In this document: piece by piece, positions 46,885 through 56,432 of the stretch | Position numbering within the stretch: position 1 is the first letter of the stretch | Layout: every line of letters starts with the position of its first letter | Assembly (NCBI GenBank): GCA_964572825.1 | Contig: CAZNGS010000004.1 | Location: 29,158 to 93,157 of the forward strand | Length of the DNA: 64,000 bases | From: an uncultured candidatus Brocadiaceae bacterium | GTDB lineage: Bacteria; Planctomycetota; Brocadiia; SM23-32 | Direction: 5' to 3' | The notes under the pieces: model-generated | Database searches by the model: none | What the model saw: only the letters and a program-made list of their open reading frames with translations | Told to the model about the DNA's origin: nothing | Position numbers and translations under genes: made by a program

Positions 46885-49221
46885 CTATTCGGCCGTCTCC
46901 CCCGTGTCGGCTTCACCCTCGCTTTCGGGCTCCGCTTCCTCCGGGGGCTCGGGTGGTTCGAGCGGCGCGGTCAGCTTCTCCACCTGTTCTGCGGAAGCGA
47001 CCAGGACGAACCCGCTGGCCGGTCCCTTCACGTAGTAGCCGTCTTCGGTCTGTTTCCCCACAACGATCTTCTTGCCGGCCACCGTCTCCGTGTCGATCTT
47101 CACGGTCATGAAGGGCTGGTCGAAGCCGTAGGCCTTCGGGTCGTCGACCATGTAGGCGGCGACCTCGGTTGCCCGGAAGTCGCGCAACATGCGGCGGGCG
47201 TCCTGCAGGGCGGAGGCGGTCTGCTCGGGCACCTCCGCGCCGTCGGCGTCGGTCCAGGTGTCCTCTTCCTCGTCGTAGCTGAACCGCACGGTCATCTCGC
47301 CCTTCTGGAAGGTGAGGGCGGTGATATCCTCGGCGTCGCAGACCAGCCGCGAGCCGAGCTGCCGGCGAAGATCCTCAGCGTCGTTCCGGGACAGCACGAA
47401 GACGCGGCCGTCGCCTTCCACCATGGCGTAGTAGCCCTCGGCGGGTGAGGAAGTCTCGCTGCCGACCAGGAGCCTTTTCACGCGCTCCTCGGGTTCTTCA
47501 GTATGCTCTTCGCCTTCTTCTTCCTCTTCTTCCGCCCCTTCGTCGGAGGATTCGGTGCGGTAGGTGACCTCGGCGCTGACCGGAGGCGTGTCCAGGCCGT
47601 AGGCGGACAGTTCATCGGCCCGTTCGGCCGCGAACGCCTCCGCTTCCAGGTTGGCGAAGACGCTCAGGACGTCGCCGATTGCCGATTGATCCGCCGGGCC
47701 CTTGGCCGGCCGGACCAGCGACCAGTCGGCGTCCTCATCCTCACGCGTGCACTCGAACTTTCCGTGGGCATTTTCCAGAACCACGCGCCGGGCGCCCCAC
47801 CGCGGTTCGCTGAGTATCCCGCGGTCCAGGAAGGCCAGTCGCCCGCGCTGCAGCATACCGTAGAACTCTCCTCTGTCCGCAGCCAGTATGGCGGGGTAGT
47901 CCGCTCGTTGCCCGTAGACGCGCTCTTCGGGGGCGGTCTCGCCGAAGACCACCTCGGCGAGGACGTCGCCGGCCTCGTTGTGCAGCGTGACCCGGCCGCG
48001 GGCTTTCTCGTCCAGGCCGTATCGGGGGAGGTCTTTCGCTTCGTTGGCCACAAATTCGGCGACTTCGGTGTCTTTGAGGGCCTGCAGGAAGTCGTCGATC
48101 ACGTCCTCGTCCGCGCCGGCGGGCCCCTCGCCCTGAATGGTCCATCCCTCGTCGGTGTCCTCGATGACCAGTTCCGCATCCGGGCCCTCGACGGTCACCT
48201 TCTTGACGTCGCCGGTGATCAGGTCGGCGATGAGCGACTTCTCGCGCAGTTCGTCGGGGCCTTTGTGCAGCTTGTTGAACAGGTCTTCCGGGATGCTCAC
48301 GATGGCGGTCTCAGCTTCGTACATTGCGTAGTAGCGGGTATCGCCCTCTTCCTCCTCCACGGCGGCGAAGGCGAACTGCTGGCTTTCATCGTCTCCCTGG
48401 AGGGTGAGGGTCAGGACGGGGTCGTCGAGGCCGTAGTCCGCCACTTTTGCCGGATCGTCGGAGACGAAATCGTCGCTCTTGATCCGATGGTTGTAGAGGT
48501 CGCTGGCCAGCCTTTCGACTTTGCTGGAGTCAGCCAGGTCGAAGAAGGGTTGTTTGATCTCCCAGACTTTCTCGGATTTCTCGCACTTCAGTTCGTACGC
48601 CCCCGTTTCGTTGACGGCTGCGGCGGAGGCGGCGACTTTCCGGAGGTCGTAGGTGCCGATCCGCGGGGCCAGCTTCTTGCTGCGCACGTCGGCCAGCGTC
48701 ACCTCGGTGCTTTCGACGACATCCTCGTCGACGGCGGCGATGCCCTCCTGGCCCTCCAGCTTCACATAGACGCCCCCGGCGGCGGCACCGGCATTGCCCA
48801 CCAGCAGCTTCCAGGTGCGTCCCGACGGGCCGCTTTCAGTGACTGTGATGACGCGGCGGGGTGGGTCCAGGCCGTGTTTGGACAGCTCGACCCGGCGAGC
48901 TTCCGCCGGGGGCATGAACCAGATTTTCTCGGCATCCTGGAGCTTGTCCAGTATGTCCTCCACCTCCCACCTGTCGGCCCGGCCCTGGATGGGCGTGCTG
49001 ATGCGCCATTGATCGCTGTCGGACACGCGCCGGCACACGAGCTGCCGGTCGCCTTCTTCAATGGCCAGGGAGGCCACGCGATCGGTTTCCAGGCCGGGCA
49101 GCAGGCGTTTGCGCTGCTCCTTGAGTTCCTCCGAGGTGGGAGCCTTGGACAGCCGCCAGGCTACCAGTGCGGCAATGACCACGCAGACCAGCAGGATGAG
49201 AGTCTTTCCGTACTGTTTCAT
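46885..49221 (-). CDS. DUF4340-repeat protein (accessory component of GldG-type ABC systems)
   Basis: An N-terminal TM (LILLVCVVIAALVAW), repeated ~200-aa units with acidic linkers, and a position directly downstream of the GldG-like gene. Confidence 0.7.
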   Translation of the reverse strand: MKQYGKTLILLVCVVIAALVAWRLSKAPTSEELKEQRKRLLPGLETDRVASLAIEEGDRQLVCRRVSDSDQWRISTPIQGRADRWEVEDILDKLQDAEKIWFMPPAEARRVELSKHGLDPPRRVITVTESGPSGRTWKLLVGNAGAAAGGVYVKLEGQEGIAAVDEDVVESTEVTLADVRSKKLAPRIGTYDLRKVAASAAAVNETGAYELKCEKSEKVWEIKQPFFDLADSSKVERLASDLYNHRIKSDDFVSDDPAKVADYGLDDPVLTLTLQGDDESQQFAFAAVEEEEGDTRYYAMYEAETAIVSIPEDLFNKLHKGPDELREKSLIADLITGDVKKVTVEGPDAELVIEDTDEGWTIQGEGPAGADEDVIDDFLQALKDTEVAEFVANEAKDLPRYGLDEKARGRVTLHNEAGDVLAEVVFGETAPEERVYGQRADYPAILAADRGEFYGMLQRGRLAFLDRGILSEPRWGARRVVLENAHGKFECTREDEDADWSLVRPAKGPADQSAIGDVLSVFANLEAEAFAAERADELSAYGLDTPPVSAEVTYRTESSDEGAEEEEEEGEEHTEEPEERVKRLLVGSETSSPAEGYYAMVEGDGRVFVLSRNDAEDLRRQLGSRLVCDAEDITALTFQKGEMTVRFSYDEEEDTWTDADGAEVPEQTASALQDARRMLRDFRATEVAAYMVDDPKAYGFDQPFMTVKIDTETVAGKKIVVGKQTEDGYYVKGPASGFVLVASAEQVEKLTAPLEPPEPPEEAEPESEGEADTGETAE

Positions 49222-49248
49222 CGGTGGGCTCGCAGGTAGAAAGCGTCC

Positions 49249-51003
49249 TTATCTTCTTCGAATCAGCCAGACCGCCACTCCGAGGGCGATCACCAGGCCC
49301 GGCACCGCGCCGAGGAAAATGTAGCGAGAGGCGGCGACCCAGCCTTTGCCCACGGACAACTGGTTGAAGTCCATCGTCTTGGGCGGGATGCCGAGCTTCT
49401 GGGTCTTGCCCGCCATCCAGTTGACGCAGTTCAGCAGCAGGTAGCGGTTGGCGGTGTATTCCGCCCGTTCCAGAAAAGCGTTGACGAACGACAGGGAGCT
49501 ACCCAGCACCACGATGCGCGGGCCGGGCATCTCCATGCCGGGCGGGGCCTGAGGCGGAGGCTGGGGGGCGACGAGGGCGCCGACCACGGCCGGTTTCGGG
49601 GTATCTTCGCCCGCCTTGTATTCGGGCATTATCTCCTCGCCCAGTCTGACGTCCGTTTCCCCCCAGCTCGTGGGCGGACCGGTCAGCAGTTCGGTGGCCC
49701 CCTGCATTGTCTGCGGGCCGGCCGGGGCGACCTCCATGGTGCAGGGCTCCTCCATATACAACGTATAGCCCTGCAATCCCTCGGTCACGGGGTGGGGTGG
49801 CAGCGCGCTCCCTTTCACGGGCACGCTGGTGCTCAGGCCGGCTCCGAGAAAGGTCGGCACGAGCGCAATGCCGACGGCGCTGGTGTGCAGTTGCACGCCG
49901 TAGGGGCCGAGCAGCTCTTCGAGATTGGAGTCGACGTTTTCCGCCAACTCCGGGTCGGCCAGCACGATCGCCGCTCCGTTGCGGCCCTCCAGATAATCGC
50001 GCAGGGCCGCCATCTCCTGCTCCGAGAAGGCCGTTTTCGGTCCCGCGATCAAAAGCACTGCGCAGTCTTGCGGGACCTCTCCCTCGGTGGCCAGGTTCAG
50101 CGGTTTCACCTCGTAGTTGGCGTTTTCGATGGACCTGACCAGCTTGGAAAGCGACATGCCGGGGTTCCGCTCGCCGGGCATCGGCTGCGCCGGGGAGGGC
50201 GCGCGGCCTGTGGCCTCCAGCGGCCTTTCCCCGTGGCCCGTCAGCGCATACAGAACGGGTTTCTCCTCTTCGGTCAGCTTCATCAGTGCGCCCAGGAACG
50301 CGCCCTCGCCCTTGAAGGCGATCGCGGGCGGCCCCATACGGCCGGGATTGGCTTCCACGATCTGGCCGATGGGGATGACTTCGTGCTTGTCCCCCATAAC
50401 CAGAAGCACGCTGGGCAGCTCCAGGTTCATGATCCCCAGCTCCTGCTGCAGTTGCCGGATCCGCTTTTGTGGCTCGGCCATGCCGATGTTCAGCTCATCG
50501 ATGGTCATCTGGGGCGCGCGGGCCTTGAATTCCTGGAGCGTGTCCAAAACGTGGTCATAGACCTGCGGCTGGCGCGCGCGGAGGTCGCTGTAGATCACGT
50601 AGGCATTCCATCCCTGCTCCATTTTGCGCAGGAAGTTCTCCGTCTGTGAGTGCAGGGAGTGCTTGCGCCGCCCGGTCCAGTCCATCCGACTGTAACGCCG
50701 GTTGGTGATGTAGCACAGCAGCCCCGCAAGCGCCAGCACCAGCAGCACGACGGCGGCGAAGTTGGCCTTCTCCCCCGCCTCACGGCTCGTCACCAGATTA
50801 ACCAGCTCACGCCAGTTCAGGGCGATGCCGGCCAGCGTGATCAAGCCGCCCAGGATCACCAGCACCAGCGATATGATGTCCTGCTCCACGGCCGCCCGCA
50901 CCCGGATGTCCCGCACCACCAGGCCCGCCACGAGCAGCACCACACCCAGAGCAATTCCGGCCCGAGCCACCGTCTTCCACGGGGGTGTCTTTGTCTTGCC
51001 CAT
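49249..51003 (-). CDS. GldG-like 'ABC-type uncharacterised transport system' auxiliary protein
   Basis: N-terminal TMs, a large extracytoplasmic domain (VLYALTGHGERPL...AVLLIAGPKTAFSEQEMAALRDYL...GAAIVLADP), and a C-terminal TM (LGAVPGLVIALGVAVWLI). Confidence 0.72.
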   Translation of the reverse strand: MGKTKTPPWKTVARAGIALGVVLLVAGLVVRDIRVRAAVEQDIISLVLVILGGLITLAGIALNWRELVNLVTSREAGEKANFAAVVLLVLALAGLLCYITNRRYSRMDWTGRRKHSLHSQTENFLRKMEQGWNAYVIYSDLRARQPQVYDHVLDTLQEFKARAPQMTIDELNIGMAEPQKRIRQLQQELGIMNLELPSVLLVMGDKHEVIPIGQIVEANPGRMGPPAIAFKGEGAFLGALMKLTEEEKPVLYALTGHGERPLEATGRAPSPAQPMPGERNPGMSLSKLVRSIENANYEVKPLNLATEGEVPQDCAVLLIAGPKTAFSEQEMAALRDYLEGRNGAAIVLADPELAENVDSNLEELLGPYGVQLHTSAVGIALVPTFLGAGLSTSVPVKGSALPPHPVTEGLQGYTLYMEEPCTMEVAPAGPQTMQGATELLTGPPTSWGETDVRLGEEIMPEYKAGEDTPKPAVVGALVAPQPPPQAPPGMEMPGPRIVVLGSSLSFVNAFLERAEYTANRYLLLNCVNWMAGKTQKLGIPPKTMDFNQLSVGKGWVAASRYIFLGAVPGLVIALGVAVWLIRRR

Positions 51004-51009
51004 CTCGTT

Positions 51010-51729
51010 TTACCTCCACTTCCTCAACTGCAGGGCCCGCACGGTCAGGAACAGGAAAACGGCGGTGGTGATCACGAAGTACGCCACGTCCCGCGTATCC
51101 ACCAGGCCCTTGAGGAAACCGTCGTAGTAATGCTCGATCGGCGAGATATAACTCAACGCGCGGGCCCACACCGACTGCGAGAACTGGCCCAGGAAACCCA
51201 CCAGCAGGATGACCAGCAAGAAGGCGAAGCTCATGATGCCGGAACCGATCTGCACTCTGGTCAGCGAGGAGGCGAACAGGCCGACGGCCAGAAACTGGGC
51301 CGTCAACAGGAACAGCCCCAGCGCCCCGGCCAGCAGTGCCCCCGTGTCCAGCGGGGTCAGAAGCCGCAGGAATATCAACTCCAGCGGAATGGGCAGGTAC
51401 ATCACACCCGTGAAGACCAGGGCTCCGACGAACTTGCCCAGCACCACCTCCGTTTCCGTCACCGGGGTGGTCATCAGAGTCTCCATGGTTCCCTGGCTGC
51501 TCTCCTCGCTCAGCAGTCGCATCGTCAGCAGGGGGGCGGCCACCAGCAGCGGGATCAGCACCTCGAACGTGAAGAGCGCCACCATGTCCACGCGCGGTAT
51601 CTGCGGCTGGATGCGGAGCACGAAAAAGAGCCCGTGGACTACGGCGAAACCCGCCACCACGATGTAGGCGATGGGTGACAGGAAGTAACTGCTCAGCTCC
51701 CTTTTCGTTATGACCGGAATGTTGACCAT
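51010..51729 (-). CDS. ABC-2 type transporter permease (GldF-like)
   Basis: MVNIPVITKRELSSYFLSPIAYIVVAGFAVVHGLFF is typical of ABC-2/GldF N-termini. Six TM segments. Confidence 0.82.
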   Translation of the reverse strand: MVNIPVITKRELSSYFLSPIAYIVVAGFAVVHGLFFVLRIQPQIPRVDMVALFTFEVLIPLLVAAPLLTMRLLSEESSQGTMETLMTTPVTETEVVLGKFVGALVFTGVMYLPIPLELIFLRLLTPLDTGALLAGALGLFLLTAQFLAVGLFASSLTRVQIGSGIMSFAFLLVILLVGFLGQFSQSVWARALSYISPIEHYYDGFLKGLVDTRDVAYFVITTAVFLFLTVRALQLRKWR

Positions 51730-51732
51730 GAC

Positions 51733-52590
51733 TCAAGCACTCTCCCGCATCCGTTGCGAGAACATGAAGCTCACCACGGTGAGAACCACTGCCAGCACCA
51801 GGACCGCGGCGGCTGTGATCAGTCCGGCTGTGAAGCTCCACCACAGGAAGGCCGCCACGGCCCCGCTAACCAGCAGCGCCACCAGGAACCAACCGGACAG
51901 AGAGACAGCCAGGCCGCCCCCGACCTCCACTTCGAAGGCCCGCATGCACCCCACGATAAGGCTCCGCAGCAGGAACACCATTCCGACCAGCGTGCCCAGC
52001 GGCACCGCGATGATCGTCCACCAGTGCGCCGCCACCTTCACCGCATCGGCGGTTCCCGGCCACAGGAGCGTCAGCAGGTATCCCGGCAGCGTCACCAGCA
52101 GCACCAGCGCCCCCGCGCACAGCCACGGCAGCAGTGCAGCGGCCCACGAGTACAGCCATACGCTGATCGACCCTTCCCAGTTGGTGGGCGCGAACAGCTT
52201 GCCCGGCAGATGAAACAGTGTGCCCAGGACAACCATCAGCGCAACGCCCACGACCGCCGCCACGGGCAGCAGCACCAGCAGGAGGCCCGTGATCTGGGCG
52301 GGGAGCTGGTGCATCCGGTAGCCGGAGGCATCCGTTACGGGGTCCGGGGCGACGGCCCCGAAGAAGGCCAACGCCGCCGGGAAGCTCAGCACGATGACCC
52401 CGCAGAGCAGTATGACGAAGAAGGTGAGCGGTTCGTGCAGGCCGCCCTCGCGGGCCATCTTCGTGAAGAACTCCCCCGGGTGCACGATCAGCTCGGCCAG
52501 GCTTTCCCTGAAGGCGTCTGCGGCCGGTCGGCTGCCCAGGTTTTCCCAGCTCAGAAGCTCGTGTTTCGGCGGGGCCGGCGGCGGTCTCAT
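51733..52590 (-). CDS. Yip1-like polytopic membrane protein
   Basis: The N-terminal soluble segment ends in HPGEFFTKM..GGLHEPLTFFVILL, followed by ~5 TM helices. Its start overlaps the upstream ATPase stop (ATGA). Confidence 0.55.
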   Translation of the reverse strand: MRPPPAPPKHELLSWENLGSRPAADAFRESLAELIVHPGEFFTKMAREGGLHEPLTFFVILLCGVIVLSFPAALAFFGAVAPDPVTDASGYRMHQLPAQITGLLLVLLPVAAVVGVALMVVLGTLFHLPGKLFAPTNWEGSISVWLYSWAAALLPWLCAGALVLLVTLPGYLLTLLWPGTADAVKVAAHWWTIIAVPLGTLVGMVFLLRSLIVGCMRAFEVEVGGGLAVSLSGWFLVALLVSGAVAAFLWWSFTAGLITAAAVLVLAVVLTVVSFMFSQRMRESA

Positions 52591-53555
52591 CGCTGTTCAC
52601 CTCCAGATTGGTCGGCGCTCTCTTGCCCCTTTCCCAGGGTGATGCGGGCGAACACGTCCTCCAGTGAAGCGCGGCTGCGGGTCAGCTCCCGCAGGGCCCA
52701 GCCCTGATCCGCCGCGGTGCGGAATATGCTCTCACGCACGTCCTGCCCGGGAGAGGTCACCAGGCTGAACCGGTGCCACCCGTCGGCCTCCTCCGCGTGC
52801 ACGCGCTCGACGCCGTCGAGCCCCTTCAGAGCGTTTTCAATCTGCATCAGGTCGCCCTGCAGCTCCACCGTCACGCTGGCGTGCAGCAGCCGGTCGGACA
52901 GGGCCTCGGGGGTATCATCGGCCACGATGCGGCCCTCGTCGATGATCAGCACCCGCTGGCAGATGGCCTCTGCCTCCGCCAGTATATGGGTGGAGATCAG
53001 GACGGTGTGCTTCTTGCTGAGGTTCTGGATGAGGTGGCGGACCTCCCGGACCTGGTTGGGGTCGAGCCCGATGGTGGGCTCGTCCAGGATCAGCACGTCC
53101 GGATCGCCCACCATGGCGTCCGCCAGGCCCACTCTCTGGCGATAGCCCTTGGAGAGGGTTCCGACCGTCTGGTGATGCACATCCCCGAGGCTGCAGAGCG
53201 CGATGCATCGGTCGATCCTTCTGCGCCGCAGCTTGCGGGGCACGCCCTTCAGGTTGGCCCGAAAGGCCAGATACTCGTTGACCCGCATCTCGGGGTAGAG
53301 GGGGTTGTTCTCCGGCATGTATCCGATGTGGCGGCGGACCTCGGTGGAATTATCCTGCACGTCCCGGCCGGCGATGGAGGCTCGACCATCGGTGGCAGGC
53401 AGGAACCCGGTCAGCATCCGGATGGTGGTGGTTTTGCCGGCCCCGTTCGGTCCCAGCAGCCCCACGATTTCGCCCCGTTCCATCTGGAACGACACGTGGT
53501 CCACGGCCGGGAAGCTGCCGTAGTTTCTGGTCAGGTTCTGGGCTTCAACCAGCAC
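52587..53555 (-). CDS. ABC transporter ATP-binding protein (GldA/ABC-2 type)
   Basis: Walker A GPNGAGKTT, signature LSKGYRQRVGLA, Walker B VLILDEPTIGLD. An RBS GAGGAGG lies upstream of the GTG start. Confidence 0.92.
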   Translation of the reverse strand: MLVEAQNLTRNYGSFPAVDHVSFQMERGEIVGLLGPNGAGKTTTIRMLTGFLPATDGRASIAGRDVQDNSTEVRRHIGYMPENNPLYPEMRVNEYLAFRANLKGVPRKLRRRRIDRCIALCSLGDVHHQTVGTLSKGYRQRVGLADAMVGDPDVLILDEPTIGLDPNQVREVRHLIQNLSKKHTVLISTHILAEAEAICQRVLIIDEGRIVADDTPEALSDRLLHASVTVELQGDLMQIENALKGLDGVERVHAEEADGWHRFSLVTSPGQDVRESIFRTAADQGWALRELTRSRASLEDVFARITLGKGQESADQSGGEQR

Positions 53556-53678
53556 TGCAGCGTCCTCCTCAGTGTTCGCTGTGGAATTCCCGGTGAGCGC
53601 CGGGCACCCGGCGGCGTTTCAGGTGCCTGCCCGGACCTCCTCCGGGCGCGTGCTGCGGAAGTATATCTCTCCCGGCAC

Positions 53679-54107
53679 TCAGTTCTGTTCCGATGCCTCC
53701 TCCGGCTCGGCCTCGGCGTCTTCGCTTGTCCCGGGGATAAGCTCTCCCAGTCTCTCGGCTTCCTGGGTCTGCCCGGCCTTCTTGTATGCCAGGCGGGCGG
53801 CGGTGTAAAGCTCTGCGTCCTCAGCCGCCCGGGCCAGCTCTGTCCACTCTTGTTCGGATATGCGCCGGCCGAGGACCCGGCTGGCCCGCATGTAAAGGGG
53901 GACGTCCCCCCGTTGCATGGCGATGCGGGCGACTTCGCGGGTGAGGTCGTCCGCTTCGGCGCGCTGGAAGAACTCCAGCGCGTCGTCGTAGCGTCCGGCC
54001 TGCGTAAACTGCTGGCCGGTCTGGCGCAATTCCTCCTTCGATGTCTTATCGCCGAACAGGATCTTGCGTTTGGCGTAGAAATCCGGCAACTCGTCGTTGA
54101 TTCCCAT
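53679..54107 (-). CDS. hypothetical acidic helical protein (TPR-like)
   Basis: 142 aa with protein-like composition (MGINDELPDFYAKRKILFGDKTSKEELRQTGQQFTQAGRYDDALEFFQRAEADD...). I recognise no family motif. Confidence 0.55.
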   Translation of the reverse strand: MGINDELPDFYAKRKILFGDKTSKEELRQTGQQFTQAGRYDDALEFFQRAEADDLTREVARIAMQRGDVPLYMRASRVLGRRISEQEWTELARAAEDAELYTAARLAYKKAGQTQEAERLGELIPGTSEDAEAEPEEASEQN

Positions 54108-54194
54108 CGGTCTACCACAGATTCCGAATGCCGCTGAGGATCATATATTCTTGCAAAGCCCATCTTCGCTGTCAAGTAAAGCGGTTCCCGGGCC

Positions 54195-54668
54195 TCAAGT
54201 GAAGGTCCGCGCGGTGTTCTGGAAGGCGTTTTCCAGGTGGTGGATGGAGCGCACACCGCCGTCCTTCTCCAGCAGGACGGTCACCACATCGTAGCGGAGG
54301 GCAACTCCCCGATCCTCCAGGCCCCGCAACGTGCAGTACTGCTGGGACGCCCTGATGACACGGCGTTGTTTCTGCCGGGTTATGGTGTGCAAGGGGTCGA
54401 TGGAAGCGGGCCAGGTCTGGGTCCTGACCTCGACGAAAGCCACCGTTCCGGAGCGGAACGCCACCAGGTCGATCTCGCCCAGCCCGGTGCGGAAGTTCCG
54501 CTCCAGGATGCGGTAGCCCTTCTGCCGCAGATGACGCGCGGCCTCCCGCTCTCCCCGGCGACCCACGCGGAGGGTGGCCGGCTCCTCGGCGTCGGGGCCG
54601 TTATGCCCCAGGAGGCGACCCACGCGAAGGAGCGCCCGACAGACCAGTTGCCTCAGACCACCCAGCAT
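54195..54668 (-). CDS. yraN: YraN-family (UPF0102) endonuclease-like protein
   Basis: GRRGEREAARHLRQKGYRILERNFRTGLGEIDLVAFRSGTVAFVEVRT...RYDVV has the restriction-endonuclease-like fold signature of YraN. Confidence 0.8.
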   Translation of the reverse strand: MLGGLRQLVCRALLRVGRLLGHNGPDAEEPATLRVGRRGEREAARHLRQKGYRILERNFRTGLGEIDLVAFRSGTVAFVEVRTQTWPASIDPLHTITRQKQRRVIRASQQYCTLRGLEDRGVALRYDVVTVLLEKDGGVRSIHHLENAFQNTARTFT

Positions 54669-54677
54669 TGCTCAGTC

Positions 54678-56231
54678 CTATATGCGCCGTTCCGGCCCGG
54701 CCAGTTCGACCAGGGCGTCCCGCTTTTCCTCCATGAGAGCCCGGTCGCCGAATGCCTCGACGTAGAGGCGCAGTATCCCACCGCCGGCTCCCTCGGTGCC
54801 GCTCTTGCGCATGCAGAACCACCAGTCCTCCGCCTCCACCCGCAGGTCGGCCACGCTCAACTCCAGCCCCGGCGGCGGGTAGGAATCGACCAGGCGAGCC
54901 CTGTCGTCGACGACCACGTACATCCTCTCGATTTGGTCGCTGAACTGCTCGGACGCCTCGGCGATGACGGTCTGCGCCGGGCGGTCGGCGGGCATCTGGA
55001 AGTTGATCTCTCCGGACTCGAAGTACTTGCCCCGCGGCGCGTCCAGGACGGAGGAGAGCGGCTGGCCCTCGCTGTGCAGCTCAGCGGCGAGCTCCAACAT
55101 CAGGATGCCGGCCATCATCCCGCTGTCGGCGCACCAGAACTCGCGGAACATGTAGTGGCCGGAATGCTCGGCCCCGAACGCTATGTCCGGATCGTCGTAC
55201 ATGATGGCCTTGATCTTGCCGTATCCGACGGGAGTCATCACGACCCCGCCGCCGCCCAGTACGTCCTTGCGGTCTCCCAGCGTATCGGCCACCACCCAGC
55301 TCGACGCCAGGTTGAAGGCGATCTTCACGTCCGGCCCCAGCCTGGACCTCAGCCGCTCGCCCACCAGCGCGGCCAGCAGCGGCGGTGAGATCATCTGGCC
55401 GCGCTCGTCCATGACCGCCACCCGGTCGGCATCCCCGTCGAAGCAGATGCCCACGTGGCTGTCGGTGCGCCGGACCAGGTCGCTCAGCATGCCCTGGTAC
55501 CGGGCGTTCAGCGGGTTGGGAATGATGACGGGAAAGGAGCCGTCCGGCCGTTCGTTGGAGAAGGACCATTCGAACCGGGGGGTGAGGCGCGCGAACTCCC
55601 CGAGTATCCGGGCGCCCATGCCGTTGCCGGCCTCCACGGCCACCCGCAGGGGCTCGGGCGCGCCCGCCGCAACGGCTTCGAAATCGCAGCCGGCCCGCTC
55701 CAGGATGCTCTCGATGTAGTCCGGGGCGAAATCCTCCCACCGCAGCCGCTCGGGCACGGCCTGTTTCTTCAAGGCCAGGCCGATGCGCTGCAGTTCGTCC
55801 TCCGGCAGCGGCGGGTCGGCGTCCACCGCCAGCGGCAGCGGCATCCCCCCGCGGCCGAAGAATTTGAACCCGTTGTTGTCCCGTGGATTGTGCGAGGCGG
55901 TGATGATGATGCCGCCGTCTATGAGGTCGCGGTACCTGGCGGGCAGAAAGCCCACCAGCTCCGTGCCGGCCAGACCCAGCCGGATGGGGCGGCACCCGCC
56001 GTCCTCCAGGCCCCGGCACAGGGCCGTGTCCAGGACGGGTCCGCTCAGCCGCATGTCGTGGCCCACCGCCACGTTGACCGGCTGCACGGCGGTGCATTCC
56101 GTGAACGTATCCGCCAGAGCCAGCCCCAGGTTGTAGGCCAGCTCGGAGTCGATGTTGACGCCATAGATGCCGCGGATATCGTCTCGCTTGATGACCTCGT
56201 CAACCCTGTCGCACCACTCCTTCAATGCCAT
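54678..56231 (-). CDS. phosphomannomutase/phosphoglucomutase (alpha-D-phosphohexomutase)
   Basis: DIRGIYG, the active-site serine loop ITASHNPRDNNGFKF, the metal loop FDGDADRV, and the sugar loop GAEHSGHY. The start is at ATG 56231, and the track ORF runs on upstream. Confidence 0.9.
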   Translation of the reverse strand: MALKEWCDRVDEVIKRDDIRGIYGVNIDSELAYNLGLALADTFTECTAVQPVNVAVGHDMRLSGPVLDTALCRGLEDGGCRPIRLGLAGTELVGFLPARYRDLIDGGIIITASHNPRDNNGFKFFGRGGMPLPLAVDADPPLPEDELQRIGLALKKQAVPERLRWEDFAPDYIESILERAGCDFEAVAAGAPEPLRVAVEAGNGMGARILGEFARLTPRFEWSFSNERPDGSFPVIIPNPLNARYQGMLSDLVRRTDSHVGICFDGDADRVAVMDERGQMISPPLLAALVGERLRSRLGPDVKIAFNLASSWVVADTLGDRKDVLGGGGVVMTPVGYGKIKAIMYDDPDIAFGAEHSGHYMFREFWCADSGMMAGILMLELAAELHSEGQPLSSVLDAPRGKYFESGEINFQMPADRPAQTVIAEASEQFSDQIERMYVVVDDRARLVDSYPPPGLELSVADLRVEAEDWWFCMRKSGTEGAGGGILRLYVEAFGDRALMEEKRDALVELAGPERRI

Positions 56232-56432
56232 GGGGCGTTTCTCCGGTAATCTGGGAACGTCGGGAATGTACGGGTTGTAATGGGGAGCCACCCCGTGACC
56301 TGCCCCTCGGCGCGGCGGCCCGGCTGCGGCAAACGCGAAGGTATCACAGAGGGCCGGGCAGCGCAAGCGCGTGCACCGTCCCGGCGGGTGAGTTATACTG
56401 CCCATCCCCGGATAATCGGTGGAGGCTTTCGG

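Noticed and set aside
47503-49239. A 578-aa plus-strand ORF.
   Set aside because: It is antisense to the DUF4340 gene and has shadow composition.
56411-56419. The 9-mer GATAATCGG upstream of the photolyase also occurs in the repressor/gam operator palindrome (33635-33643), hinting at a shared regulon.
   Set aside because: The photolyase copy is not palindromic (CCGGATAATCGG has different arm spacing). A single shared 9-mer in 64 kb on two strands is about what chance predicts.
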